A stretch of DNA of 64,000 bases. It comes from Armatimonadota bacterium (GTDB lineage: Bacteria; Armatimonadota; Hebobacteria; CAIYQO01). Where the stretch lies: contig JAKPKV010000166.1 in the NCBI GenBank assembly GCA_029553475.1, positions 3,520-67,519 of the forward strand. Direction: 5' to 3'. Position 1 is the stretch's first letter. Each line of letters begins with the position of its first letter. A model generated the notes under the pieces. The model was not told the origin of the DNA. It worked only from the letters and a program-made list of their open reading frames with translations, and made no database searches. This document shows, piece by piece, positions 36,843 through 46,200 of the stretch. Both the position numbers and the translations under genes were made by a program.

Positions 36843-38444
36843 ATGAAAAACGGGTTGATGGGTCTGCTCGTCGGCCTTGCGCTGGTAGTGAGTGCCAGCG
36901 CGATGGCCGCGCCGCAACCCCTCACGAATGCCGCCCTCGACCAGGTGGTCGCGGGGGAGGCGACGGCCAGCGGACCACAGGCCGTCGCCGTGGACGGTGA
37001 TGACAGCGCGAACGTCGCGGCGGGCGCGCTGGCGGCCGGCGCGGCGCAAGCGGTGAACGGCGCCGGCAATATCACGACGCAGAATCCGACGAACAGCGCG
37101 GTGTCGTCCACGGACGGCGTCAGCCTGAACGCGGAGAACGGCGGCATCGCGGCGGCGCTGGCGGCGGATGCGCTGGCGGCGGCGTCCAACAATCCGGACG
37201 AGAGCGCCGTGGCGCTCGGCCATGACAACCTCGCGCGGAATTTCGCGGACAACGACGATGTCGCCAATGCCTCGGGGGCCGCGCTGGCCATCGCGGAAGC
37301 GGATGACGCCGCCAACGCGTTCGGCGCGAACAGCCAGGCGTTCGACGGCAACGATGACCTCGCGGTGGCCGACAACGGCACGGCGATCGGGGCGGCCGGG
37401 GACGCGGCGCTGAATCTCGGCCATGCCAACGTCGCCATCGAGGCGCCGGACAACGCGACGCTGGCGCAGGGCCAGGGCGAAGCGGTGCAAAACACGGGCG
37501 CGCTAGCCTGGGCCGATACCGGCGTGGCGGTGGCCAATCCGTCCGACCTGGCGCTGGCGGCCGGCAGCGGCATCGCCGCCGTCGGCAGCGACTTCGCTCT
37601 CGCGTCGGACGACGCGGCGGCGGCGAACGCCAACGATGACGCCGCGCTGGCGCTGGGCGTCGGCAATATCGCGCTCGATGCGCCGGACGACGTGGCCGTG
37701 AATACCGGCAGCGGCGTGGCCGCCGTGGACAGTGCCCTCGTCCTCGCGGAAGAGGGCGGCATCGCCGCCGCGGATAGCGACGAGGCGGCCAACGCCCTCG
37801 GCCATGGGAACACGGCCATCAATGTCGCCGATAACGCGGATAGCGCCATTGCCGTGTACGGCGGCAACGCGGGCCGCGCCAACGGCAACGGCCAGGCGGC
37901 GGCCGGCGACGGCAACACGCAGCAGTATCAGGACGCCACCAATGCCATCGCGGCGATGGATGACGCGGTGGTCCACGTCACCGCGTCCGCCATTGACGAC
38001 ACCACGGTGGAACGCGGCTCGGCCGCGATCATCGGCGAGAGCAACCAGGTGGCGGCGCTGGCGGGTGAGACGGAGATTGATGTCGAGACCGATGGCGGCG
38101 ACCTGGAGATTGACGGCGTGGTGGCCAAATCCGCGGCAATCGTGTGCGCCTTCAACGAGGACGACCGGACGATCACGGTGGAGGTGGAGATTGGCGACTC
38201 CTTCAACGTCGAGAACAACGTGCTGCGCATCTGCGGGATGGATCAGGCGTCCGGCATCGTGCTGGCGAGCTCGCTGAACGACCAGCAGACCGGGGCGAAC
38301 CTGAACGTGACCAGCGCCACCAGCGTGGTGCCCACGGTGACGGGGACGAGCGTGCCGGCGACGGCGGTGGGCACGGCGACGGCCGACACCGCGCTGAACC
38401 AGTTGGTGAGCAACGGGTCTGCGCTGGTGAATATCCAGTTCTGA
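36843..38444 (+). CDS. secreted Ala/Asp/Asn/Gly-rich low-complexity repeat protein, paralog 1 (candidate fibre/amyloid subunit)
   Basis: AAGGAGGATCTCCCGATG start context; signal peptide ...SASAMA; then APQPLTNAALDQVVAG; degenerate ~20-30 aa repeats (DAALNLGHANVAIEAPDNATLAQ...); C-terminal ...ALVNIQF. Confidence 0.8.
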   Translation: MKNGLMGLLVGLALVVSASAMAAPQPLTNAALDQVVAGEATASGPQAVAVDGDDSANVAAGALAAGAAQAVNGAGNITTQNPTNSAVSSTDGVSLNAENGGIAAALAADALAAASNNPDESAVALGHDNLARNFADNDDVANASGAALAIAEADDAANAFGANSQAFDGNDDLAVADNGTAIGAAGDAALNLGHANVAIEAPDNATLAQGQGEAVQNTGALAWADTGVAVANPSDLALAAGSGIAAVGSDFALASDDAAAANANDDAALALGVGNIALDAPDDVAVNTGSGVAAVDSALVLAEEGGIAAADSDEAANALGHGNTAINVADNADSAIAVYGGNAGRANGNGQAAAGDGNTQQYQDATNAIAAMDDAVVHVTASAIDDTTVERGSAAIIGESNQVAALAGETEIDVETDGGDLEIDGVVAKSAAIVCAFNEDDRTITVEVEIGDSFNVENNVLRICGMDQASGIVLASSLNDQQTGANLNVTSATSVVPTVTGTSVPATAVGTATADTALNQLVSNGSALVNIQF

Positions 38445-38781
38445 CGCCGAATCCCCCCGGCAGGGGAGCTGTGCGCGCGGGCGCTGTCGCTCGCGCGCAC
38501 AACGTTGTCTGGCACGTCGCGCAACCGGCCGTGGGGCAGGCGATGGGCTGAGAAGTCCACAACGGGGCGTGTTTGCACGGATTTACACGCAAGCGGGCAT
38601 GCCGGGCGGGACAGTGGCGGGGAAGGTGCACATGCCCGGCATGCCGGGGGTGCGAGACTATGCATGAACGCCGGGGAGCCGCTCGCCCCTGATGCTGGGG
38701 TATGATACCGCTGCGGCAGCGTGAGGATGGCGCGGGCCTCCCGATGATTCGACCACCAAGGGGAAGAAGGAGGATCTCCCG

Positions 38782-40452
38782 ATGAGACAACGTGTCACAG
38801 TGTTGATGGCGGCCTGTGTACTGGCGATCAGTACGGCCGCCTTTGCCGCGCCGCAGCCGCTGACGCAGGCGGAGCTGGCGCAGGTGTCCGCGGGCGCGGG
38901 CATCCTCGACTGGTTCCTGGGCGCCGGCACGGGCAATCCGGCCAGCGGCTTAGCGAACTCGACCGGCACCGCGATCGCCGATGGTGAGCAGGCGGTGGCG
39001 GTGGATGGCGACGGCAGCGCCAATGCCGCCGCGGGCGCGCTGGCCGACCAGGCCGCACAGGCGGTGAATGGCAACACCAACACCACCGAGCAGAACCCGA
39101 CGGCGAGCGCGGTGTCGTCCACCGGCGGGTTGAGCGCGAATACCCAGGATGACGGCATGGCGCTGGCGGCGGCGGAGAGCTCGCTGGCGGCCTATTCCGA
39201 CAATCCGACTGACAGCGCGGTGGCCGCCGGGGTGGGGAATGACGCGCTGAACTTCGCCGACAACGGCGACGTGGCCAACGCCACCGACAGCGCGCTGGCG
39301 ATCGGCGACGCCACCGGCGCTGCGAATGCCTTCGGCGAGAACAGCCAGGCTTTCGACGGCAACGATGACGTGGCGGTGGCCAGCAACGGCGTGGCGATCG
39401 GGAATGCCGACGGCGCCGCGGCGAACATCGGTGACGGCAACGTCGCCATTGACGACCCGAATAACGTGGTGCTGGCGCAGGACCAGGGGCTGGCCGTGCA
39501 GAACGACGGGGAGCTCGCCTGGACGGCGAGCGGCATCGCGGTGGCGGATCCGGGCGACGTGGCCATCGCGACCGGCAGCGGCATTGCCGCCGAGGACAGC
39601 GCCTTCGCCGTGGCCTCCCAGAACGGCGTCGCCGCCAACGACAATGACGCCTCGGCGGTGGCCGCCGGTCAGGGCAACATCGCCATTGACGACCCGAGCG
39701 ACGCGGTGGTGAACACCGGCAGCGGCATCGCTGCCGGCGATAGCAGCCTGGCTGTCGCCACCGGCAGCGGCATCGCGCTGCAGGACAACGATGACGCCGC
39801 CAACGCGGTGGGCACCGGCAACACCGCCCTCAACGCCAGCGACAACTCGGACAGCACGATCGCGCTCGGCGGCAACGCCGCCACCGCCACCGGCAGCGCC
39901 CAGGCGGCGGCCGGCGACGACAACAAACAGCAGTATCAGGACGCCACCAATGCCATCGCGGCGATGGACAACGCCAGCGTGACAGTGGCGAAGAACGACA
40001 TTCGCGACAGCACCATCGAAGACGGTTCGGCGGCGGTGGTGGGCAACGGCAACCAGGTGAGCACCGTCTACGACGAGACCACCATCGCGCTGGAGACCGA
40101 CGGCGGCGATATCGAGGTGACCGGCGTCATCGCGAAGGAAGCGGTGATCACCGATTCGTTCAACACCAAAGAGGTGGAGATTGACGTCACGGTGACCATC
40201 AGCGACTCCTTCAACGTGACCACCAATGTCCTGGAGATCAGCGGGCAGAACGGCGTGTCCGCCATCGTGCTGGCCAACTCGCTCGGCGAGCAGTATATCG
40301 GCACGAACCTGAACGTGACCAGCGCCGCCAGCACGGTGCCGTCCGTGTCCGCGCCCGGCGTCCCGGCGGCCACCATCGGCACCGCGACGGCCATCACCAC
40401 GCTCAACCAGATCGTCATCAACGGCAGCACAGACATCACGGTTACCTTCTAA
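38782..40452 (+). CDS. secreted Ala/Asp/Asn/Gly-rich low-complexity repeat protein, paralog 2
   Basis: Identical start context AAGGAGGATCTCCCGATG; signal peptide ...STAAFA; then APQPLTQAELAQVSAG; collinear with paralog 1 including the ANAFGENSQAFDGNDD block; C-terminal ...DITVTF. Confidence 0.8.
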   Translation: MRQRVTVLMAACVLAISTAAFAAPQPLTQAELAQVSAGAGILDWFLGAGTGNPASGLANSTGTAIADGEQAVAVDGDGSANAAAGALADQAAQAVNGNTNTTEQNPTASAVSSTGGLSANTQDDGMALAAAESSLAAYSDNPTDSAVAAGVGNDALNFADNGDVANATDSALAIGDATGAANAFGENSQAFDGNDDVAVASNGVAIGNADGAAANIGDGNVAIDDPNNVVLAQDQGLAVQNDGELAWTASGIAVADPGDVAIATGSGIAAEDSAFAVASQNGVAANDNDASAVAAGQGNIAIDDPSDAVVNTGSGIAAGDSSLAVATGSGIALQDNDDAANAVGTGNTALNASDNSDSTIALGGNAATATGSAQAAAGDDNKQQYQDATNAIAAMDNASVTVAKNDIRDSTIEDGSAAVVGNGNQVSTVYDETTIALETDGGDIEVTGVIAKEAVITDSFNTKEVEIDVTVTISDSFNVTTNVLEISGQNGVSAIVLANSLGEQYIGTNLNVTSAASTVPSVSAPGVPAATIGTATAITTLNQIVINGSTDITVTF

Positions 40453-40522
40453 GTCATCTGGTCGGACCATCCGGGGAGCCGGCGGGAGGCCGGCTCCCCA
40501 CCGAGGAAGGAAGGAGGGAACG

Positions 40523-41059
40523 ATGGGCAGGAACGTGAGCCGTATCCTCGGCTGCGCGGGCATCGCGCTGATGATGAGCCTGATGGCGGTGGCCGGCCCT
40601 CGTCCGATGAGCGATGATCAGCTCGACGCGGTCTACGCCGCCGGGTTCGATGTCGAGATCAGGATGGATATGGATCTCGCGGCCAGCAACCCGGACGCGC
40701 TGGTGCTGCAGGGCGGCGACCCGGAGATGCTGGCGCAACTCTTCACCAGCGGCATCCCGCTGCTGCGGAGCGCCGGCACCGGGCGCAATACCGCGCTGAT
40801 AGATCCATCCGGCGCCTATATGCCCAATCTGCAAAATCTGACGGTGAACAACATCAACATCACCGGCGAGGCGCTGAAAGGGGCGACCACCCTGCTGAAC
40901 ATCTTCGCGTTGGATGGCGACGTGGCGGTGGGGCTGAACCTGAACGTGATCGTGAATCCAGTCGGCGGCACCTGGAACATCAATCAGACGAACATGAACT
41001 GGGCGAATCTGCTCGTTTCGGATGCGCTCAAGACACTGGGCGCGGGCGGCGCGTGGTAA
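40523..41059 (+). CDS. small secreted protein sharing the N-terminal leader-like motif of the repeat proteins (candidate nucleator/accessory subunit)
   Basis: Hydrophobic N-terminus ...ALMMSLMAVAG; then PRPMSDDQLDAVYAAG; Asn/Leu/Gly-rich beta-like C-terminal half. Confidence 0.65.
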   Translation: MGRNVSRILGCAGIALMMSLMAVAGPRPMSDDQLDAVYAAGFDVEIRMDMDLAASNPDALVLQGGDPEMLAQLFTSGIPLLRSAGTGRNTALIDPSGAYMPNLQNLTVNNINITGEALKGATTLLNIFALDGDVAVGLNLNVIVNPVGGTWNINQTNMNWANLLVSDALKTLGAGGAW

Positions 41060-41089
41060 ACTGAACGGCGAAGCGATGTGAGGACGTTC

Positions 41090-41809
41090 ATGCGGCTGAC
41101 CGGTACCTGGACGATACTCCTGGGCCTGGCGCTCTGGGCCCTGGCGGGCGCCTCACCCGTGTGCGCGGGTGAGGCGCGCATTCCCGTCGGGCCGGCGGCG
41201 GCGCTGACGCTGTCCGTCGCGGTGGACAGCATCAAAGAGATGCGCGAGGCGGGCATCACCCTGCAGCAGCTCGATTACAGCTGCGGCTCGGCGGCGCTGG
41301 CCACGCTGTTCACCGCGTACCTGGGTCAGCCGTATACCGAGGCCGATATCATCAACTTCATCGTCAAATCCACGGATTTGCAGAAGGTGGCGGCGCGGCG
41401 GGGCTTCTCGCTGCTCGACCTGAAGCGCTTCGCGGAGGCGCACGGGGTGCAGGCGGAGGGGTATCAACTGGATACTCCCGGCCTGCTGGAGCTGAACTGC
41501 CCGGTGCTCGTGCCGCTGTATCGTCCGGACACGAAGATGCGGCACTTCGTCATCTTCCGCGGGGCGCTGGGCGACCGCGTCTTCCTCGCCGACCCGGCGG
41601 TGGGCCGGCAGACGATGTTCCGCGCGGAGTTCGAGCGCCTGTGGAATCCGCGCGTGGGCATGGTCTTCACCCACGCGGGCGCGCCGCCCACGGAGGAGAC
41701 GCTGCTCGGCGTGAAGCCGGGCGACGAGATCTACATCGGCGCGGAGGCGCTGCGCGCGCTGGTGATGCGCACCGCGCTGCAGTTTATCCATCAGGCGCAT
41801 GAATACTGA
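41090..41809 (+). CDS. stand-alone exported peptidase C39-like cysteine protease
   Basis: Signal peptide MRLTGTWTILLGLALWALAGASPVCAG; C39 catalytic motifs QQLDYSCGSAALATL (Cys) and HFVIFRGALGDRVFLADP (His...Asp). Confidence 0.8.
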   Translation: MRLTGTWTILLGLALWALAGASPVCAGEARIPVGPAAALTLSVAVDSIKEMREAGITLQQLDYSCGSAALATLFTAYLGQPYTEADIINFIVKSTDLQKVAARRGFSLLDLKRFAEAHGVQAEGYQLDTPGLLELNCPVLVPLYRPDTKMRHFVIFRGALGDRVFLADPAVGRQTMFRAEFERLWNPRVGMVFTHAGAPPTEETLLGVKPGDEIYIGAEALRALVMRTALQFIHQAHEY

Positions 41810-41940
41810 TCGCCCACCTCTCTCCCCGACTCCCTCCCCTGGGAAGGGAGGGAGAGACATGGCGAAGGGCGGGGAGCACCTCTCCCCCCAACCCCCTCCC
41901 CTATGAAGGGAGGGGGAGACATGGCGACATAAAAAGGAGC
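41810..41940. repeat. two tandem ~55-bp GC-rich stem-loop units between the C39 peptidase and beta-barrel genes
   Basis: Unit A ...actccctcccctgggaagggagggagagacatggcgaagggcgggg; unit B ...cccccaaccccctcccctatgaagggagggggagacatggcgacat; each contains a 9-bp stem CCCTCCC/GGGAGGG with a 7-nt loop. Confidence 0.8.
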
Positions 41941-41945
41941 GCGGC

Positions 41946-43037
41946 GTGCGAACCCATCTGCTCTACACCATCACCCTCGTGGTGGGACTGATGTGTCTTG
42001 GCATCCTCGCGCGGGCGCAGACGCCCGCGCTGCCGGCGGACATCCCCGCGGCGAGCGGCACGCCGGCCCTGCCGCCGGAGGGCGGCGACGGCGGCGCGAC
42101 GGACGACGGCGCCACCCCGCCGCCGACCGTCACCCCGCAGCTTCCCGCCAGCGCCACCCGCTCGGACCTGCTGGTGCGCCGGGGGGCCAAAGAGGTGGAG
42201 CTCCGGCTGGCCTACTCGCATTTCTCGAAAAACACCCTCTTCATTGACGGCGTGGCGATGCTGCCGGTGCTGGTCATCGGCGAGGTAGCGGTGGAATCGG
42301 TGCGGCGCGACGTGCTCATCGCTTCCGTCGCCGGGCGCTACGGCATCCGCGACAACCTGGAGGTGGAGGTGAAGGTGCCCTTCCGCTACCAGTACGAGAC
42401 GCGCGACGTGCCGCAGGCCGACCCGCCGCAGCAGATGTCGCTCTCCGCGCTCGGCCTCGGCGACATCGAGGGCGCCGCCTACGTGCACCTGGCGTCAAAA
42501 CGGCGGACCGGCGCGCGCTGGATCGCCAACGTCTCGGTGAAGTCCGCCACCGGCAAGGATATCTTCTCCATTGATCCCGATACCGACGTGCCGCTCGGCA
42601 CCGGTTTTTGGAGCACGCGCGTGGGCGTCACCGGCATCAACATCGCCGACCCCGGCGCCGTCTTCTGGAACGTCGGCTACACCTACAACTGGCTGCGCAC
42701 AGATATCCGCGTCGTCACCGAGGACGCACAGACCGGCGACCAGTTCGTCAGCTACGTGGACATCAAGCCCGGCAACACCTTTGACGTGGGCGCCGGCTAC
42801 GCCTACGCCATCAACCCGCGCATGTCGGTGAACACGGGGCTGTCCATCTCCTTCAATGGACCCACCCGCTCCAACGGCCGTGAGCTCGCCAACACCCGCC
42901 TCACCAGCGCCGCCCTGCGCCTGGGCGCCGTCTGGCTCACCGAGCGCAAATTCCCGGTGGACCTCGCCGTCAGCATCGGCCTCACCGACGACTCGCCGGA
43001 TTTCACGGTGGATTGGCGGCATAGCTATAAGTTCTGA
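41946..43037 (+). CDS. outer-membrane beta-barrel protein (candidate export pore of the repeat-protein locus)
   Basis: Signal peptide; Pro-rich linker; alternating amphipathic beta strands; C-terminal aromatic ...WRHSYKF typical of OMP beta-signals. Confidence 0.7.
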   Translation: MRTHLLYTITLVVGLMCLGILARAQTPALPADIPAASGTPALPPEGGDGGATDDGATPPPTVTPQLPASATRSDLLVRRGAKEVELRLAYSHFSKNTLFIDGVAMLPVLVIGEVAVESVRRDVLIASVAGRYGIRDNLEVEVKVPFRYQYETRDVPQADPPQQMSLSALGLGDIEGAAYVHLASKRRTGARWIANVSVKSATGKDIFSIDPDTDVPLGTGFWSTRVGVTGINIADPGAVFWNVGYTYNWLRTDIRVVTEDAQTGDQFVSYVDIKPGNTFDVGAGYAYAINPRMSVNTGLSISFNGPTRSNGRELANTRLTSAALRLGAVWLTERKFPVDLAVSIGLTDDSPDFTVDWRHSYKF

Positions 43038-43273
43038 GCGGGGGCGTGTCTGGCGATAAATCCGGGGAGGGGGGCCGCCGCCGTCCCGCCTGTGCCCTCG
43101 CGGGGTTGGGAACAGCGCCACTCCACTTCGTTGCGTGGCGCACTACCAACGAACGGGTGCAAGATCGGCGCCGTGCTTCCCCGCTGTCGCCGTTTCGCCC
43201 CGCGCCTTGCCAGCAGCGGCCTCTGGCGCGTATACTGGGGGCAACCCCGCGGCCTGCCGCAGTCGGTTCGCCC

Positions 43274-46200
43274 ATGTATCTCAAACGACTCGAACTCGCT
43301 GGCTTCAAGACCTTCGCCGAGCGCACGACGCTGGAATTCGGTCCCGGCATCACCGCCATCGTGGGGCCGAACGGCTCCGGCAAGAGCAACATCAGCGACG
43401 GGCTGCTCTGGGTGCTGGGCGAGCAGGGGCTGAAGGCGCTGCGCAGCGCGAAATCCACCGACATCATCTTCAACGGCTCCGAGGGCCGCAAGGCGCTGGG
43501 GCTGGCCGAAGTGCACCTGACGCTGGACAACGCCACCGGCTTCCTGCCGACCGAGTTCACCGAGGTCACCGTCACCCGCCGCGTCTTTCGCTCCGGCGAG
43601 TCGGAATATCTCATCAACCGCACCCCCGTGCGCCTGCGCGATGTCCAGGAGCTGTTCATGGACACCGGCATCGGCAAGCACTCGTACTCCATCATCAGCC
43701 AGGGCGAGGTGGACGCCGTGCTCTCCTCGCGCTCGGAGGACCGCCGGGCGCTCTTTGAGGAGGCGGCGGGCATCACCAAATACAAGCAGCGCAAGAAAGA
43801 GGCGCTGCGCAAGCTGGAGCAGACGCGCCAGAACCTGCTGCGCGTGAGCGATGTCATCAGCGAGCTGGAGGGGCAGATCGGGCCGCTGGCGGAGCAGGCG
43901 GAGGCGGCGCGCGCCTACCAGGTGCTGCACGCGGAACTGGTGGAACTGCAGCTCGCGCTGCTGGTGGCGCAGTATACCGGCCTGCAGAGCAGCCTGGGGC
44001 GCGCCCGCGAGCGCGAGACGGAGCTGACCACGGAGTTGGAGGGCCTGCGGCACGCGCTGGGGCAGATCGAAATCCGCGAGACGACGCTGCGCGCCGAATT
44101 GGCCGCGCTGGAAGACGAGCTGGAGGAACGGCGGGGGCTGGAGAACCGGCTGGCGAGCGCCGTGCAGGCGGTGGAGAGCCGCATCACCCTGCTGACACAG
44201 CAGGAGGAGCAGGCCCGCCGCGAGCGCGCGCGGCTGCAATCCGAGCGCGAGGGGTGGCTGGGCGAGGCGGAGCTGTTTGACGGCGAGATCGCCGCCGCCG
44301 ACGCGGAGTGCGCGCGGCTGCACGGCGTCATCGCCGGACTGGACGCGGAGCTGGCCGACGCCGACGCCGCGGTGAAGGACGCCGCCGCCGCCGTGGACGC
44401 GCTGGCGGCGGAGATTCAGGCCCGCCGCGGCGTCTATTTCGACGCCCTCGACGCCGCCGCCAGGATGCGCAACGAGCTGGCGCGGGTGGCCTCGCTGCTG
44501 CGCTCAGCCGAAGGGCGCGCGACGCGCATCGCCGACGAGCAGGCGGAGATCGCCCGCAAGCTGGCGGCGGCGGGGGCGGCGCGGGCGGCGGCGGCGGCGC
44601 GCGCCGATGAGCGCCGCGCCGCGCGCGAAAAACTGGTGGCCGCCCGCGCGGCCGCCGGCCGCGCCCGGCAGGGCGCGGCGGAGGCGCAGGCGGGGCGGCG
44701 CACGGAGGAGGCGCGCGCGCGCGAAGAGTTGGCCGGCCTGCGCGCCCGCCAGCAGACCCTGCGCGAGTTGGAAGAATCGCTGGAGGGCTATTTTCCCGGC
44801 GTGCGCGCGGTGGCCGCCGCCGTGCAGGCTGGGCGACTGACGGGCTGGTACGCGCCCGTCGCGGAGCTGCTGGACGTGCCCGCCGAGCTGGAAACCGCCA
44901 TCGAAGTGGCGCTGGGCGCCAACCTGCAGGATATCGTCACCGATACCGAGGAAGCGGCGCGGGCGGCGGTGGCGCTGCTGAAGAGCACGCGGGCGGGGCG
45001 CGCCACCTTCCTGCCGCTTGACCTTATCGCCCCCGCGCCCCGCGCGGACGTGCCCGCCCTGCCCGGCATCCTCGGGCTGGCGATGGATCTGATTCGCTAC
45101 GACGCCGAGTTTGAAAAGATTGCCCGACACCAGTTGGGCCGCGTGGTCATCGCCCGCGATTTGGACGCCGCGCTGGCGCTGGCAAAAGCGGGCACGGCGA
45201 AGGGCTGGAGCCGCATCGTCACGCTGGAGGGCGAGGTGGTGCATCCGTCGCGCGCCATCACCGGCGGCTCGTTGGGGAAATCCGGCGGGCTGTTGACGCG
45301 CAAGCGCGAGCTGCAGGAGCTGACCGACGGCGTGGCGCGGCTGGAGCGCGCGTGCGGCGCATTGCAGCGCAAGGCGCAGGACGCGGCGGCGGAGGTGGCG
45401 CGGCTGGACGCGGAGCTGAGCGCGCTGGCGAAAGCGTCAGAGGAGGCCGCCGCCGGCATGGCGGACGCGGAGCGCGCGCTGGCGACGGTGGGCCGCGACG
45501 TGGCGGCGCTGGACGAGCGGCGCGCGGCGCTGGCCGACGAGGCCGAATGGCTGGCGCGGGAGCGGGCGGAGGCGAAGACGGAAGAGACGCGGTTCCTCGC
45601 CGAGCTCGACGCGCTGGACGTGCGCTGCCGCGAGGCGGAGGCGGCGGTGGATGCGGCGGAGCGCGCGCTGGCCGGCGGCCAGCAGGATCGCGACGCCGTC
45701 ACCGAGCGCTACGCCGCGCTGCGCCTGCGCGTCACCGAGGAGCGCGGCACGCTGCAGGCCCGCCAGTCGGCGAAGCGCCGGGCGGCGGAGATGCGCGACA
45801 GCCTGGCCGAGCGGCTGGCGGCGAATGCGCGGGCGACGGCGGCGCAGGAGGGGGCGCTGGCGGAGCTGGCCGTCCAGCAGCGCGAGGCGTCCGCCGAACT
45901 GCTGCGCGGGCGGCAGGCGTATGCCAGCGGGTCAGCGGAGGTGGAGGCGGCGCGCAACCGCCGGGCGGCGCTGCTGGAGTCCATCGCCGCCAACCTGCAG
46001 GAGCACAAAGACGGCCGCGACGCGATTGAGGAGTGCCAGGGGCGGCTGCATCGCGCCAACCTGCGCACCACGCAGGTGGAGACGGAGCTCGGTTTTTTGC
46101 GTGGGCAGTTCTTCGAGGATTACCGCCTCACCGTAGACCAGGCGCTGGGGAAAGCCGCGCCGGTGGAGAGCCGCGGCGTCGCCGTCGCCCGCCTGCGCGA

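Noticed and set aside
34401-37490. Full 1029-aa extent of the FGE-domain ORF. The same applies to the long N-terminal extensions of 2874-3881, 13806-15326, 55623-56201 and 48992-52690
   Set aside because: Upstream portions lack coding character, run through repeat elements or neighbouring genes, and internal ATGs with good RBS plus signal peptides mark the real starts
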